Shown here piece after piece: positions 8,886 through 17,103 of a stretch of 22,408 nt of DNA (the stretch's first letter is position 1; every line of letters starts with the position of its first letter). A model generated the notes under the pieces. The model worked only from the letters and a program-made list of their open reading frames with translations. It was not told the origin of the DNA and searched no databases. Location: the NCBI GenBank assembly GCA_049972095.1, contig JBMFKQ010000028.1, forward strand, positions 1-22,408, given 5' to 3'. Position numbers and translations under genes: made by a program. The DNA is from Elusimicrobiales bacterium. GTDB lineage: Bacteria > Elusimicrobiota > Elusimicrobia > Elusimicrobiales > UBA9959.

Positions 8886-8951
8886 TCAAAACACTCAAAA
8901 CATTTCAAGTTCAGCAATATAATAAATTATATATAATAGAGTTATTGTTTT

Positions 8952-10064
8952 ATGCAGATAAAAAGTATTGACAGAATGATTATCAGATATTTCTCAATTT
9001 ATTTTCTATCATCACTGATGATTTTCCTGTCAATCTCATTGTTATTTTCTTTCTTACAAATAATAAACAACAGGGATATAGTAAAAGGCTGCTCTTTTAT
9101 TCTTCTTCTAAAATCTATTGTATATCTAATCCCATCAGTTATAACAAGCTCTATAATGTTTTCAGCTGTTTTTTCTGTCTTTTTCACAGTTGGGGATATG
9201 TCATCAAGAGGTGAGATGATAGCGATAAGATGCAGTGGTTATTCATATGAAAGGGTAGCAGAAAAAATAGTGCTCATCGCAATAGTTTTAATCCCATTTC
9301 TATACCTTCTCAATCATACAGTTGTGCCTGGCTCAAGGATAAAATCAAGACAGGCATTGAGGATGATGATTAACAGAGCTACAAACATAAATCTGAGAAG
9401 TGGGCTCTTTGAGAGGGTATCGTCGTCAAGAATAATAGCAGAGGAAATCGGACCATCATCATTAAAAGGGATTAATATTGTAAGAAAGGAGCTTAAAGAA
9501 TTTGCACCTAATAAAAAAATAAGGTTTATTGCAGGTATAACTGCAACCAACGGCACATATATTAAACTCAAAGAAAAGGGAATCCTCTTTTCACTTAACA
9601 AAGGAAGGATATCTCTAATAGACACAGAAAATCCTAACATCTTCTATGTAGGTAGTTTTTCTAATTATCAAACATTTCTACCCTTTGAGATGAATGAAAA
9701 GAGGTATGAGTTAAATCTGAAATTTATGACAACCAAGCAGATAATAGATGACATTAAAAATAATAGAATTATAGACATCACAAAGGCTCAAAAAGAGATA
9801 CAATCAAGAACAGCCTCAGCTATATCACTTCTTGCCTTGGTGCTACTTTCACTGGTGCTTTCTTTTCTCTATGAAAGGGAGAGTAAATATTTTAGCTTTG
9901 CAGCAAGTATAGCAATAATATTCTCATACTATGCCCTTGAGATAGTATCAAATTATATGTTTTCAAAAAAAATAGTTAATACACCTACGATTGTTTATCT
10001 TCCTTTGATTGTTATTATCTGCCTTGGATTTTATTTTTATAAGGAAAGGCTAAAAAATAAATGA
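8952..10064 (+). CDS. lptF: LPS export ABC transporter permease, YjgP/YjgQ family (LptF-like)
   Basis: 3 TM + periplasmic domain + 3 TM; GDMSSRGEMIAIRCSGYS coupling-helix motif; paired with a second family member. Confidence 0.8.
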   Translation: MQIKSIDRMIIRYFSIYFLSSLMIFLSISLLFSFLQIINNRDIVKGCSFILLLKSIVYLIPSVITSSIMFSAVFSVFFTVGDMSSRGEMIAIRCSGYSYERVAEKIVLIAIVLIPFLYLLNHTVVPGSRIKSRQALRMMINRATNINLRSGLFERVSSSRIIAEEIGPSSLKGINIVRKELKEFAPNKKIRFIAGITATNGTYIKLKEKGILFSLNKGRISLIDTENPNIFYVGSFSNYQTFLPFEMNEKRYELNLKFMTTKQIIDDIKNNRIIDITKAQKEIQSRTASAISLLALVLLSLVLSFLYERESKYFSFAASIAIIFSYYALEIVSNYMFSKKIVNTPTIVYLPLIVIICLGFYFYKERLKNK

Positions 10065-11089
10065 GAAAAATTCAGCTTTACATAATATCAAAGACTTTAA
10101 AATATCTATCTGCATCACTGATAGTTAGTGCTATCTTCATATTCGTTATAAACCTATTTGAGGGCATAAACATCCTTTCAAAAAAGGATATTCCAATAGC
10201 TGATGTGATTTTAAGATCTCTATATACAACACCGCTTTATGTCTATCTTCTTATGCCGGCTATAACAATAATTGCGTCAGTGCTTGTATTCAACTACTTC
10301 AAAACAACATATGAATATAAGGCTGTGCTATCATCTGGATATTCTGCGTCAATATTTTTAAAAAATATTGTTTTTTCCCTTACCATAATTTGTCTTTTTA
10401 TGATATTTTTTATTGATAGGCCGGTTTCTAATCTATATTCAAGATTTGAAAGGAAAACAAGGCTTACCCCTGAGATAAGCGCAAAATATGGTAAAACAAT
10501 TATAAATGCACATGTTGATAGTAAATCAAGCATAAGTTCAGTATACATCTCGGATATCTCATTGTCTAAATATATGTATGTAGAAAAGATGGAATGGAAA
10601 AAAAATATATGGAGGGCATATGGTGTGAAAAAGATAAAGCCCAGCTCAGACAATGTTATATATGAAGAAAAAGAATATGAAGAAATGACAGATTTACCAC
10701 CTCCACAAGAGATTATTCTTGAAGAACTTTCAGACACCAACTCATATTCAATATCAGAGCTAATACAAAGAGTTGCAAGGCTTAAAAAAATATCAGTTAA
10801 CTCGTGGGAGGAAGAGGTTTTAATATATTTTAGAATTGGCATTGTCCTTATGAACATAGTATCTGTCTTTATAGCCTTTCTTATATTCAAAACAAGACTC
10901 ATCAATAATAAAGGGGCTGCAGTATCAACATCGATCTTACTTTCTTTTGCTATATGGTTTGTGATAACACTATTCAAGAGAACTGCTGATATGGAGTTAA
11001 TACCGCCATGGATGATAGGTTTCATTCCTCATATATTGATAGGCATAATAGTTTTGAAAATTTCTTCAAAACTGGAGCTCAGGTCTTAA
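10061..11089 (+). CDS. lptG: LPS export ABC transporter permease, YjgP/YjgQ family (LptG-like)
   Basis: Same topology; EYKAVLSSGYS motif; C-terminal LIPPWMIGFIPHIL; 4-nt overlap with lptF. Confidence 0.75.
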   Translation: MRKIQLYIISKTLKYLSASLIVSAIFIFVINLFEGINILSKKDIPIADVILRSLYTTPLYVYLLMPAITIIASVLVFNYFKTTYEYKAVLSSGYSASIFLKNIVFSLTIICLFMIFFIDRPVSNLYSRFERKTRLTPEISAKYGKTIINAHVDSKSSISSVYISDISLSKYMYVEKMEWKKNIWRAYGVKKIKPSSDNVIYEEKEYEEMTDLPPPQEIILEELSDTNSYSISELIQRVARLKKISVNSWEEEVLIYFRIGIVLMNIVSVFIAFLIFKTRLINNKGAAVSTSILLSFAIWFVITLFKRTADMELIPPWMIGFIPHILIGIIVLKISSKLELRS

Positions 11090-11172
11090 CAAGCTTATGT
11101 AAAACAGCAAGAAATAATTCATAATAGCTTAAAATTTAAAATTGTATATAATGTAATTTAGAAGGGGGTTTA

Positions 11173-11679
11173 ATGAAAAAAGCAGCGTTTTTCATAGCAT
11201 TTAAGGGTTTCAGGGATGAGGAATATGCTGAGCCAAAAAGAATTCTTGAGGATGCAGGAATAAATGTTACAACAGTATCAACCTCAAAAGGAAAGGCTGA
11301 AGGAAAATTTAAAATGATGGTAGATGTTGACATAACGCTGGATGAGATAAATCCAGATGAATATAGCATTCTTGTTCTTATAGGAGGTCCGGGTGCAGTT
11401 GAACATCTGGATAATCCTAAGATTCATAAGATTTTCAAAGATTTCTACTCAAAGGGAAAGCCGATTGCTGCTATATGTATCTCGCCTGTTATACTTGCAC
11501 ATGCAGGACTGCTTAAAGACAAGAATGCCACAGTATGGCAGGATGGAAAGGAGGAGCTTGTAAAAAACGGGGCAAACTATACTGGTAGAGATGTTGAGTT
11601 TGATTCAAATATAATAACTGCAAACGGTCCACACGCTGCCAAAAACTTTGGTAGAAAGATACTTGAGGTTATAAAATAA
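11173..11679 (+). CDS. DJ-1/PfpI family protein
   Basis: GFRDEEYAEP, LIGGPGA, IAAICISP (nucleophile Cys), IITANGP. Confidence 0.92.
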   Translation: MKKAAFFIAFKGFRDEEYAEPKRILEDAGINVTTVSTSKGKAEGKFKMMVDVDITLDEINPDEYSILVLIGGPGAVEHLDNPKIHKIFKDFYSKGKPIAAICISPVILAHAGLLKDKNATVWQDGKEELVKNGANYTGRDVEFDSNIITANGPHAAKNFGRKILEVIK

Positions 11680-11708
11680 AAAGCCCGCTTTTTTTGAAGC
11701 GGGCTTTT
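11679..11708. terminator. bidirectional intrinsic terminator
   Basis: AAAAGCCCGCTT-N6-AAGCGGGCTTTT between convergent genes. Confidence 0.9.
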
Positions 11709-11736
11709 CTGCTATTATCAGAGTAGTAAGAGTAGG

Positions 11737-12660
11737 TTATTTTTGAATTCTGTTTGTCTCACCCTTATCCATATATGTATCTTTTGATATCTTACCTATT
11801 CTCTTGAAACCCCACTTGAGATAAAATCCCTTTGTCTCAAAAAGTCTTTCTCCTCTATTATAGTTCTCGTCATTAGTATTGTTGTCTGGCTGAACCAACT
11901 CATCCTCGCTAAACTCAATCCTGTATTCAGGAGCAACATCAAAGGTATATTCCTTACTACCAAGCGATGGGTCAAACCAACCAGATATCTCTTTCTTAAG
12001 CTCAATCTTTATATAAACCTTCTCACCGGCATATTCATTAAACCACTTATCCTTAACTATGAATGTGTATTTTTTTGTATCCTTATTGTATGAGAAGTCA
12101 GTATAATTAAGCCCATCAGGGTCTGGTTTCATTGCTATCTTGTACTCAGGATATAGCTCAAAAAGTGTATCGGCATATCCTATCTGCTTAATCTTGTACT
12201 TATAACCTGCTTCAATGGTGTATATATCCAGCCATTCCCCCTCAAGACAGATCTCAAATGTCTCCTTTTCCCATGGCCAAAGCTTTCTTGGTTTTATATT
12301 TATCTGAGCCTGTCTATGATGTGTTATAACATACGATTCGTAGCAATCCTGGTGAGGTGTAAACTGACCGTTTGGACCGGGAATATATGTGGTATAGCAC
12401 TCCGTCCTATACTCATCACTTCTCAACCAAACCTTATCACTCATTATCTCACCATCAGCAGGGCCAAAACTAAACCTTCTACAATCCCTTGTATATCTTA
12501 CACTTCCAGGAATGCCATACTTTACACTCGGTACAGCAACCATATCTATGTCCTTTTTTATAATTTCCTTGTTATTTACACCTCTATCGAAGTCGATCTC
12601 AGCTTGAGCATAAACAACGCTCATTATGATCCCACACATTATAGCTACTGCCTTTTTCAT
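11737..12660 (-). CDS. secreted hypothetical protein (307 aa)
   Basis: GGAGGA SD; signal peptide (AQA|EI); four Cys in the mature N-terminal half; own promoter and terminator. Confidence 0.85.
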   Translation of the reverse strand: MKKAVAIMCGIIMSVVYAQAEIDFDRGVNNKEIIKKDIDMVAVPSVKYGIPGSVRYTRDCRRFSFGPADGEIMSDKVWLRSDEYRTECYTTYIPGPNGQFTPHQDCYESYVITHHRQAQINIKPRKLWPWEKETFEICLEGEWLDIYTIEAGYKYKIKQIGYADTLFELYPEYKIAMKPDPDGLNYTDFSYNKDTKKYTFIVKDKWFNEYAGEKVYIKIELKKEISGWFDPSLGSKEYTFDVAPEYRIEFSEDELVQPDNNTNDENYNRGERLFETKGFYLKWGFKRIGKISKDTYMDKGETNRIQK

Positions 12661-12671
12661 ACTATTCCTCC

Positions 12672-12693
12672 ATTGGATAACAATTGGATAACA
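12672..12693. repeat. 11-bp tandem repeat ATTGGATAACA x2 in the 5' UTR next to the SD
   Basis: Read directly from the sequence. Confidence 0.8.
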
Positions 12694-12720
12694 ATCTATG
12701 GTTTTTAGCCCATTAATTAG

Positions 12721-12749
12721 ATTCTATAAAAAACAATATTATTTTTCAA
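12721..12749 (-). promoter_or_regulatory. sigma70 promoter TTGAAA-N17-TAGAAT
   Basis: -35 at 12749-12744 and -10 at 12726-12721. Confidence 0.65.
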
Positions 12750-12750
12750 C

Positions 12751-12810
12751 AGATTTTGGTCCTATATCCAAAAATTTTTTTGTCGCATCCTTAAATAGGA
12801 CCTTAGAACC
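12751..12810. promoter_or_regulatory. two degenerate copies of the TAGGACC/GGAC-N4-GTCC motif
   Basis: AGATTTTGGTCCTA (12751-12764) abutting the -35, and TAGGACCTTAGAACC (12796-12810). Confidence 0.4.
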
Positions 12811-12818
12811 ATGAGGAT

Positions 12819-13895
12819 TTAATCTATCTCTATCTCTTTCGGCTTTGAAAACTCACCTTCAAATCCTATGAGGTCTATATATGCTACTCTAAGATAATAT
12901 CTCCCTCTGTAAAGATAATCCTTCAGATTAACCTGTCTGAAAATCTCAAATCTTCTGTCAAGGACAATATTTTTAAACTCAATATCCTTTGCCACCTGAA
13001 TATGATATCCACTTATCGCCTTTGAAATATCAATCTTAATGTTCTCTTCAAGATCAAATCTTTGATCCTTTTCTACCTCTTTAACCTTTATATCTTTTGG
13101 TGTTTTTGGGACTTCAACGACTTTTACTTCTACTATATTCCTTTCAACTCTGGTTTCAACAGCTGGCATTTTTGCTGTAAGTATATCGGGTATCTTTTGA
13201 GGTGGTAAAGGGGAAGAATCTAACCTTACCTCTGTTACAAATCCCTCTTTTAAGCTAACTTTCTTACCTTTACCCTCAACCTCAGCCTCACCCCTATATA
13301 CGCGAACAACCGTGGTAAGGTCCTCCCTTATCTTTGCACCTATCTCAGTGTTTTTAACCTTTGGAACTATTCTTGCAGATGCTGTTATTATCTTTGTGTC
13401 TTTTGCTTTTATCTGACCTGCCATAAGTTTGAGATCTGAGTTGTAGGATGAGGGTGGTTTAACAACAACCATTGAGTTTGAGAATATGTTTAGAAGTTGT
13501 CCTGTGTAAAACCTAATATCAGCATAAGAATCATCACCAGTTTTAACCATATCACCTTTAAAAACATCCTTAACATCCTTTGCATTCCTCCATAATGATG
13601 AGTCAACACCTCTCAACCTTACATCACCTATTATCTTGTCAAATCTTGCTGCTCTATATTCTTCCTTAACAAGTCTTATTGGGATTTTAATCTCCTTCCC
13701 TGTTAATACATAATAAGGGTCTTTTGGAAGGTTGTTATATTTTACTATCTCATCCCATTTTGTTGGATCTTTAAGATATATCTGAGATATATCCCAAAGA
13801 GTCTGGCCAGGCTTGACCCTTACACTTTGAAACTCTTCTTGACAGAAAAGAAAAGCTACAACATGACAAAAGAAAATAAGAAAAACTGACTTCAT
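12819..13895 (-). CDS. exported LysM + FecR-domain protein with FN3-like C-terminus
   Basis: LysM VKPGQTLWDISQIYLKDPTKWDEIVKYN; FecR GDMVKTGDDSYADIRF...TTVVRVYRGEAEV; C-terminal YHIQVAKDIEF...YYLRVAYID..GFEGEFS. Confidence 0.88.
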   Translation of the reverse strand: MKSVFLIFFCHVVAFLFCQEEFQSVRVKPGQTLWDISQIYLKDPTKWDEIVKYNNLPKDPYYVLTGKEIKIPIRLVKEEYRAARFDKIIGDVRLRGVDSSLWRNAKDVKDVFKGDMVKTGDDSYADIRFYTGQLLNIFSNSMVVVKPPSSYNSDLKLMAGQIKAKDTKIITASARIVPKVKNTEIGAKIREDLTTVVRVYRGEAEVEGKGKKVSLKEGFVTEVRLDSSPLPPQKIPDILTAKMPAVETRVERNIVEVKVVEVPKTPKDIKVKEVEKDQRFDLEENIKIDISKAISGYHIQVAKDIEFKNIVLDRRFEIFRQVNLKDYLYRGRYYLRVAYIDLIGFEGEFSKPKEIEID

Positions 13896-13901
13896 ATAAA
13901 T

Positions 13902-15998
13902 TTACTCTTTAAAAATTCTCCCAAACTCATCCTTTTTCAGATTTAAAGGAAAGGTGAAAACAAACTTTGCCCCTTTATTAGCTCGCCACTCAGCCCATAT
14001 TCTTCCAAGATGGGATTCTACTATATATTTACATATGGTAAGTCCAAGACCTGTCCCACCACCTTTTTGCCCTTTAACCTGTTCAAATTTCTTAAAAACC
14101 TTGTCTATATATTCAAGAGGTATTCCTTCACCAGTATCCTCAACCCATGATCTAAACATCTCACCATCAACAGATGCAGCGATGGTTATGGTCCCATTTT
14201 GGGGTGTGAATTTTATTGCATTACCGATCAAATTAATATAAACTCTCTCAATAAGCCCGGCATCTGCGCTTATCATTATCTCTGAAGGGGCATCAATAAC
14301 AAACCTTATATTCTTTTTCTCACCAAGTATCCTCATAAGCTCAACACATCTATTTATCAGCTCAACTACATTGAATCTTCCAAGAGAAATCTCCATCATT
14401 CCTGCTTCCATTTTTGCTATGTCAAGTATATTGTTTATCATCTGAAGCAGTCTAAATGCTGCTCTGTCTATTGAAATAATCATATTCTTTTGATTTTGGT
14501 TTATTGGCCCGGCTATCTCTTTGAGAAGAAATTCAGAGAAACCCTTTATTGCGCTAACAGGATTTCTAAGGTCATGGGTTATTGAATGGAGGAAATCATC
14601 CTTTATCTTCTCAAGCTGTTTATCATAGGTTATATCATAGAATGTTATGAGATGTCCAAACACTGATTCATTATCCTTCATCCTTATCTCGTTTTTCTCA
14701 GCTCTATAATATTCTACAGCACTGCCTCTTTCAATTTTAAACTCAACCTTCACCTTACCATCCTTTATTGTCTCAAGAGCCTGTTTTATAGAAGGATTAG
14801 CCACTCCTTCAATTATATTCTTACCAAGCGCTGTGTCTTCATCTTCTGCAATCTGTGTTAGAGAAAGTGCCTTTCTATTTATAAGCTGTATATTCCAGTT
14901 GGTGTCAACCATTATCATTCCATCTTCTGTTGAATACATCACAGCCTCAAGATTCCTTCTTTCTCTAACTATTCTTTCTATCTGAAGATTTGAGTATTTT
15001 TCTATCTCCTCAATCATTCTGTTGAATGTATCTCTTAAATCCTCCAGTTCATCTGATGTATTGACATTAACCCTGACTGAAAAATCCTTATCAGCAACCC
15101 TTTTTGCAGCCTCTATAAATTTAAGTATTGGACTGGTGAGGGTTTTGGAAAGCAGATAAGAGCCGCAAAGAGATATCAGAATAGCCACTATTATTATGAA
15201 AATAGCCTGTTTTCTGGCAAGATCTACATATGAATATGCATCCGATTTCTTTTGTATAGAACCAAAACATATATCTCCTCTAATATAACATGAAACCGCA
15301 CCAACATAATCATGTTTTTTCAATCTTATCTCAAAAACACCCGCAGCTTCACTTGAAAGAAATGAGGATATAATCTTTGATGATACAAGCTCTGAAAATA
15401 TTTCCTCAGGTATATCTGAACCATCAGAGGTATATTTCACTCCTGAAGAGTTAAAAAGTAAAAAAGAGGTTTTCCCAATATTCCTCGAAAAGATTTTTCT
15501 GTAGATATTTGCAGCTTCAATCTCAAAAACAACAAAATATTTAGCGGTGTAGTAAACAAAGACTACACTATATGAAGAAACTTCTACAGCAAAACCATTA
15601 TTCATAGCTTTTTCTTTAAGGTAGGAGGGTATGGTGGAAAGTGCTGTTATTTTTTGAAGAGAAATCTTTATAACCTCGCTACCAGTAGGTGATGCTATTG
15701 AAATAGAAACAACTCCATCAAATGACTTAATGATGCCATCAATTATAATCTGTCTTTTCTCCCAATCAGATATTGTGTGAAAAAGCCTATCCATTACATC
15801 CACAACAGAAGCATACTTATCAACCTCAAAAACAAATGATGCTTTCACTGACTCTATAAAGTTAAGATGTATTTCCTTCGTTGATGTTTTGACTGCCTCC
15901 TCCGATTTTCTAACAAGGCTACTACCAAGCCATATGAGAGGAAAGAGGGTTAATATAGAAATTGTAAGTAAAAATTTATGAAAAACTCTAAATCTCAT
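13902..15998 (-). CDS. membrane sensor histidine kinase (periplasmic sensor, HAMP, PAS-like, HisKA, HATPase)
   Basis: H box HDLRNP, N box NLIGNAIKF, G1 EDTGEGI, G2 GGTGLGL; HAMP DELEDLRDTFNRM; two TM helices. Confidence 0.95.
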   Translation of the reverse strand: MRFRVFHKFLLTISILTLFPLIWLGSSLVRKSEEAVKTSTKEIHLNFIESVKASFVFEVDKYASVVDVMDRLFHTISDWEKRQIIIDGIIKSFDGVVSISIASPTGSEVIKISLQKITALSTIPSYLKEKAMNNGFAVEVSSYSVVFVYYTAKYFVVFEIEAANIYRKIFSRNIGKTSFLLFNSSGVKYTSDGSDIPEEIFSELVSSKIISSFLSSEAAGVFEIRLKKHDYVGAVSCYIRGDICFGSIQKKSDAYSYVDLARKQAIFIIIVAILISLCGSYLLSKTLTSPILKFIEAAKRVADKDFSVRVNVNTSDELEDLRDTFNRMIEEIEKYSNLQIERIVRERRNLEAVMYSTEDGMIMVDTNWNIQLINRKALSLTQIAEDEDTALGKNIIEGVANPSIKQALETIKDGKVKVEFKIERGSAVEYYRAEKNEIRMKDNESVFGHLITFYDITYDKQLEKIKDDFLHSITHDLRNPVSAIKGFSEFLLKEIAGPINQNQKNMIISIDRAAFRLLQMINNILDIAKMEAGMMEISLGRFNVVELINRCVELMRILGEKKNIRFVIDAPSEIMISADAGLIERVYINLIGNAIKFTPQNGTITIAASVDGEMFRSWVEDTGEGIPLEYIDKVFKKFEQVKGQKGGGTGLGLTICKYIVESHLGRIWAEWRANKGAKFVFTFPLNLKKDEFGRIFKE

Positions 15999-16450
15999 AG
16001 GTCTGATAACCTTTTTGAAAGCCCTCTGAAATATATCTCCATACGGTAAAGTTCTTTTTCAAAGGCTACAATAGAAGGATAGGAATATCTGGCATTTTTT
16101 TTGTAGTCTGAAAGAATTTTTTCAGCATGTAGATTCAATAATTCTATTTCAAGTTTTATCTGATGTATCTGTGATCTGGTGATAGGATCTTTGTATGAGT
16201 CATACACCTTTGACAAAAACTCTAAAGCCTTTGCATTAAGCTCCTTTACCTTTTTAAACTCCAAGGGAGATACATATAACCTTTTTGAACCTTCTATAAC
16301 CTTTTCAAAAACAAGCTTATGAGAGGAATACATCAATGAAAACCTTAGGATCACGACATAATCGCGGCTCTCAAAAAAATTGTCATAATACTCTGCCCCT
16401 ACTGCAGAGATAAACAAACTAACAGCAAAAGATAAAATAAACTTCCTCAT
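15995..16450 (-). CDS. hypothetical exported protein, likely helical (151 aa)
   Basis: Signal peptide (AVGA|EY); 4-nt overlaps with both neighbours. Confidence 0.75.
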   Translation of the reverse strand: MRKFILSFAVSLFISAVGAEYYDNFFESRDYVVILRFSLMYSSHKLVFEKVIEGSKRLYVSPLEFKKVKELNAKALEFLSKVYDSYKDPITRSQIHQIKLEIELLNLHAEKILSDYKKNARYSYPSIVAFEKELYRMEIYFRGLSKRLSDL

Positions 16451-17058
16451 AATCCTTCACAAAACCTTAGAATATGAGGTTTTATTTTCAAAAGGGCTTT
16501 TGCTCTATGACTTATGCTATTTTTCTCATCAATACTCATCTGGGCAAATGTTTTGTTTTTTTCTTTGACCCAAAAAAGTGGGTCATATCCAAATCCACCA
16601 TCACCACGCATCTCATTGAGGATGTATCCCCTAATCTCACCAACCTCAGTTATACACTCTCCATCAGGCAAGGCAAAGCTAACTGCACATTTAAAAGAGG
16701 CAGTCCTTTTTTCAAAATCAACACCTTTAAGTTTATCAAGCAATTTTAAGTTGTTGTCTATGTATCTTGATCCTTCTCCCGCCCATCTTGCAGAAAAAAC
16801 CCCAGGTTTGCCATCAAGGAAATCAACGAATAGCCCTGTGTCGTCAGCAAGAGCTGCAATACCATAGAAACGGGATATCTCAACTGCTTTTTTTCTTGAG
16901 TTCGCTTCTATTGTTGGTTGATCCTCAACCACATTAGGAAAATCAGAGAAATCTAAGAAAGAAAGCCACTCTATATCTTTTATATCAGAGAAGAATTTCT
17001 TTATTTCCCTAAATTTGTCATTGTTTTTTGTTGCAAAAACTATTTTTTTTACACTCAT
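16447..17058 (-). CDS. rdgB: non-canonical purine NTP pyrophosphatase (RdgB/HAM1)
   Basis: ATKNNDKFRE, ADDTGLFVDFLDGKPGVFSARWAG, GFGYDPLF, EKNSISHRAKAL. Confidence 0.96.
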   Translation of the reverse strand: MSVKKIVFATKNNDKFREIKKFFSDIKDIEWLSFLDFSDFPNVVEDQPTIEANSRKKAVEISRFYGIAALADDTGLFVDFLDGKPGVFSARWAGEGSRYIDNNLKLLDKLKGVDFEKRTASFKCAVSFALPDGECITEVGEIRGYILNEMRGDGGFGYDPLFWVKEKNKTFAQMSIDEKNSISHRAKALLKIKPHILRFCEGL

Positions 17059-17103
17059 ATCAGTATTGTGAATAATCCTGATAAAAAGTTAAAATTAGAT
17101 AAG

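Noticed and set aside
8886..8902. TCAAAACA direct repeat upstream of the sprA-like gene
   Set aside because: Short and low-complexity in AT-rich DNA; could be chance.
10294..11025. 243-aa antisense ORF
   Set aside because: Lies entirely opposite lptG, is Ser/Ile-rich with no motifs; a shadow ORF.
12672..12693. TTATCCAAT x2 (minus strand) as DnaA boxes or an origin
   Set aside because: Two mismatches to TTATCCACA, only two copies, and no dnaA/oriC context.
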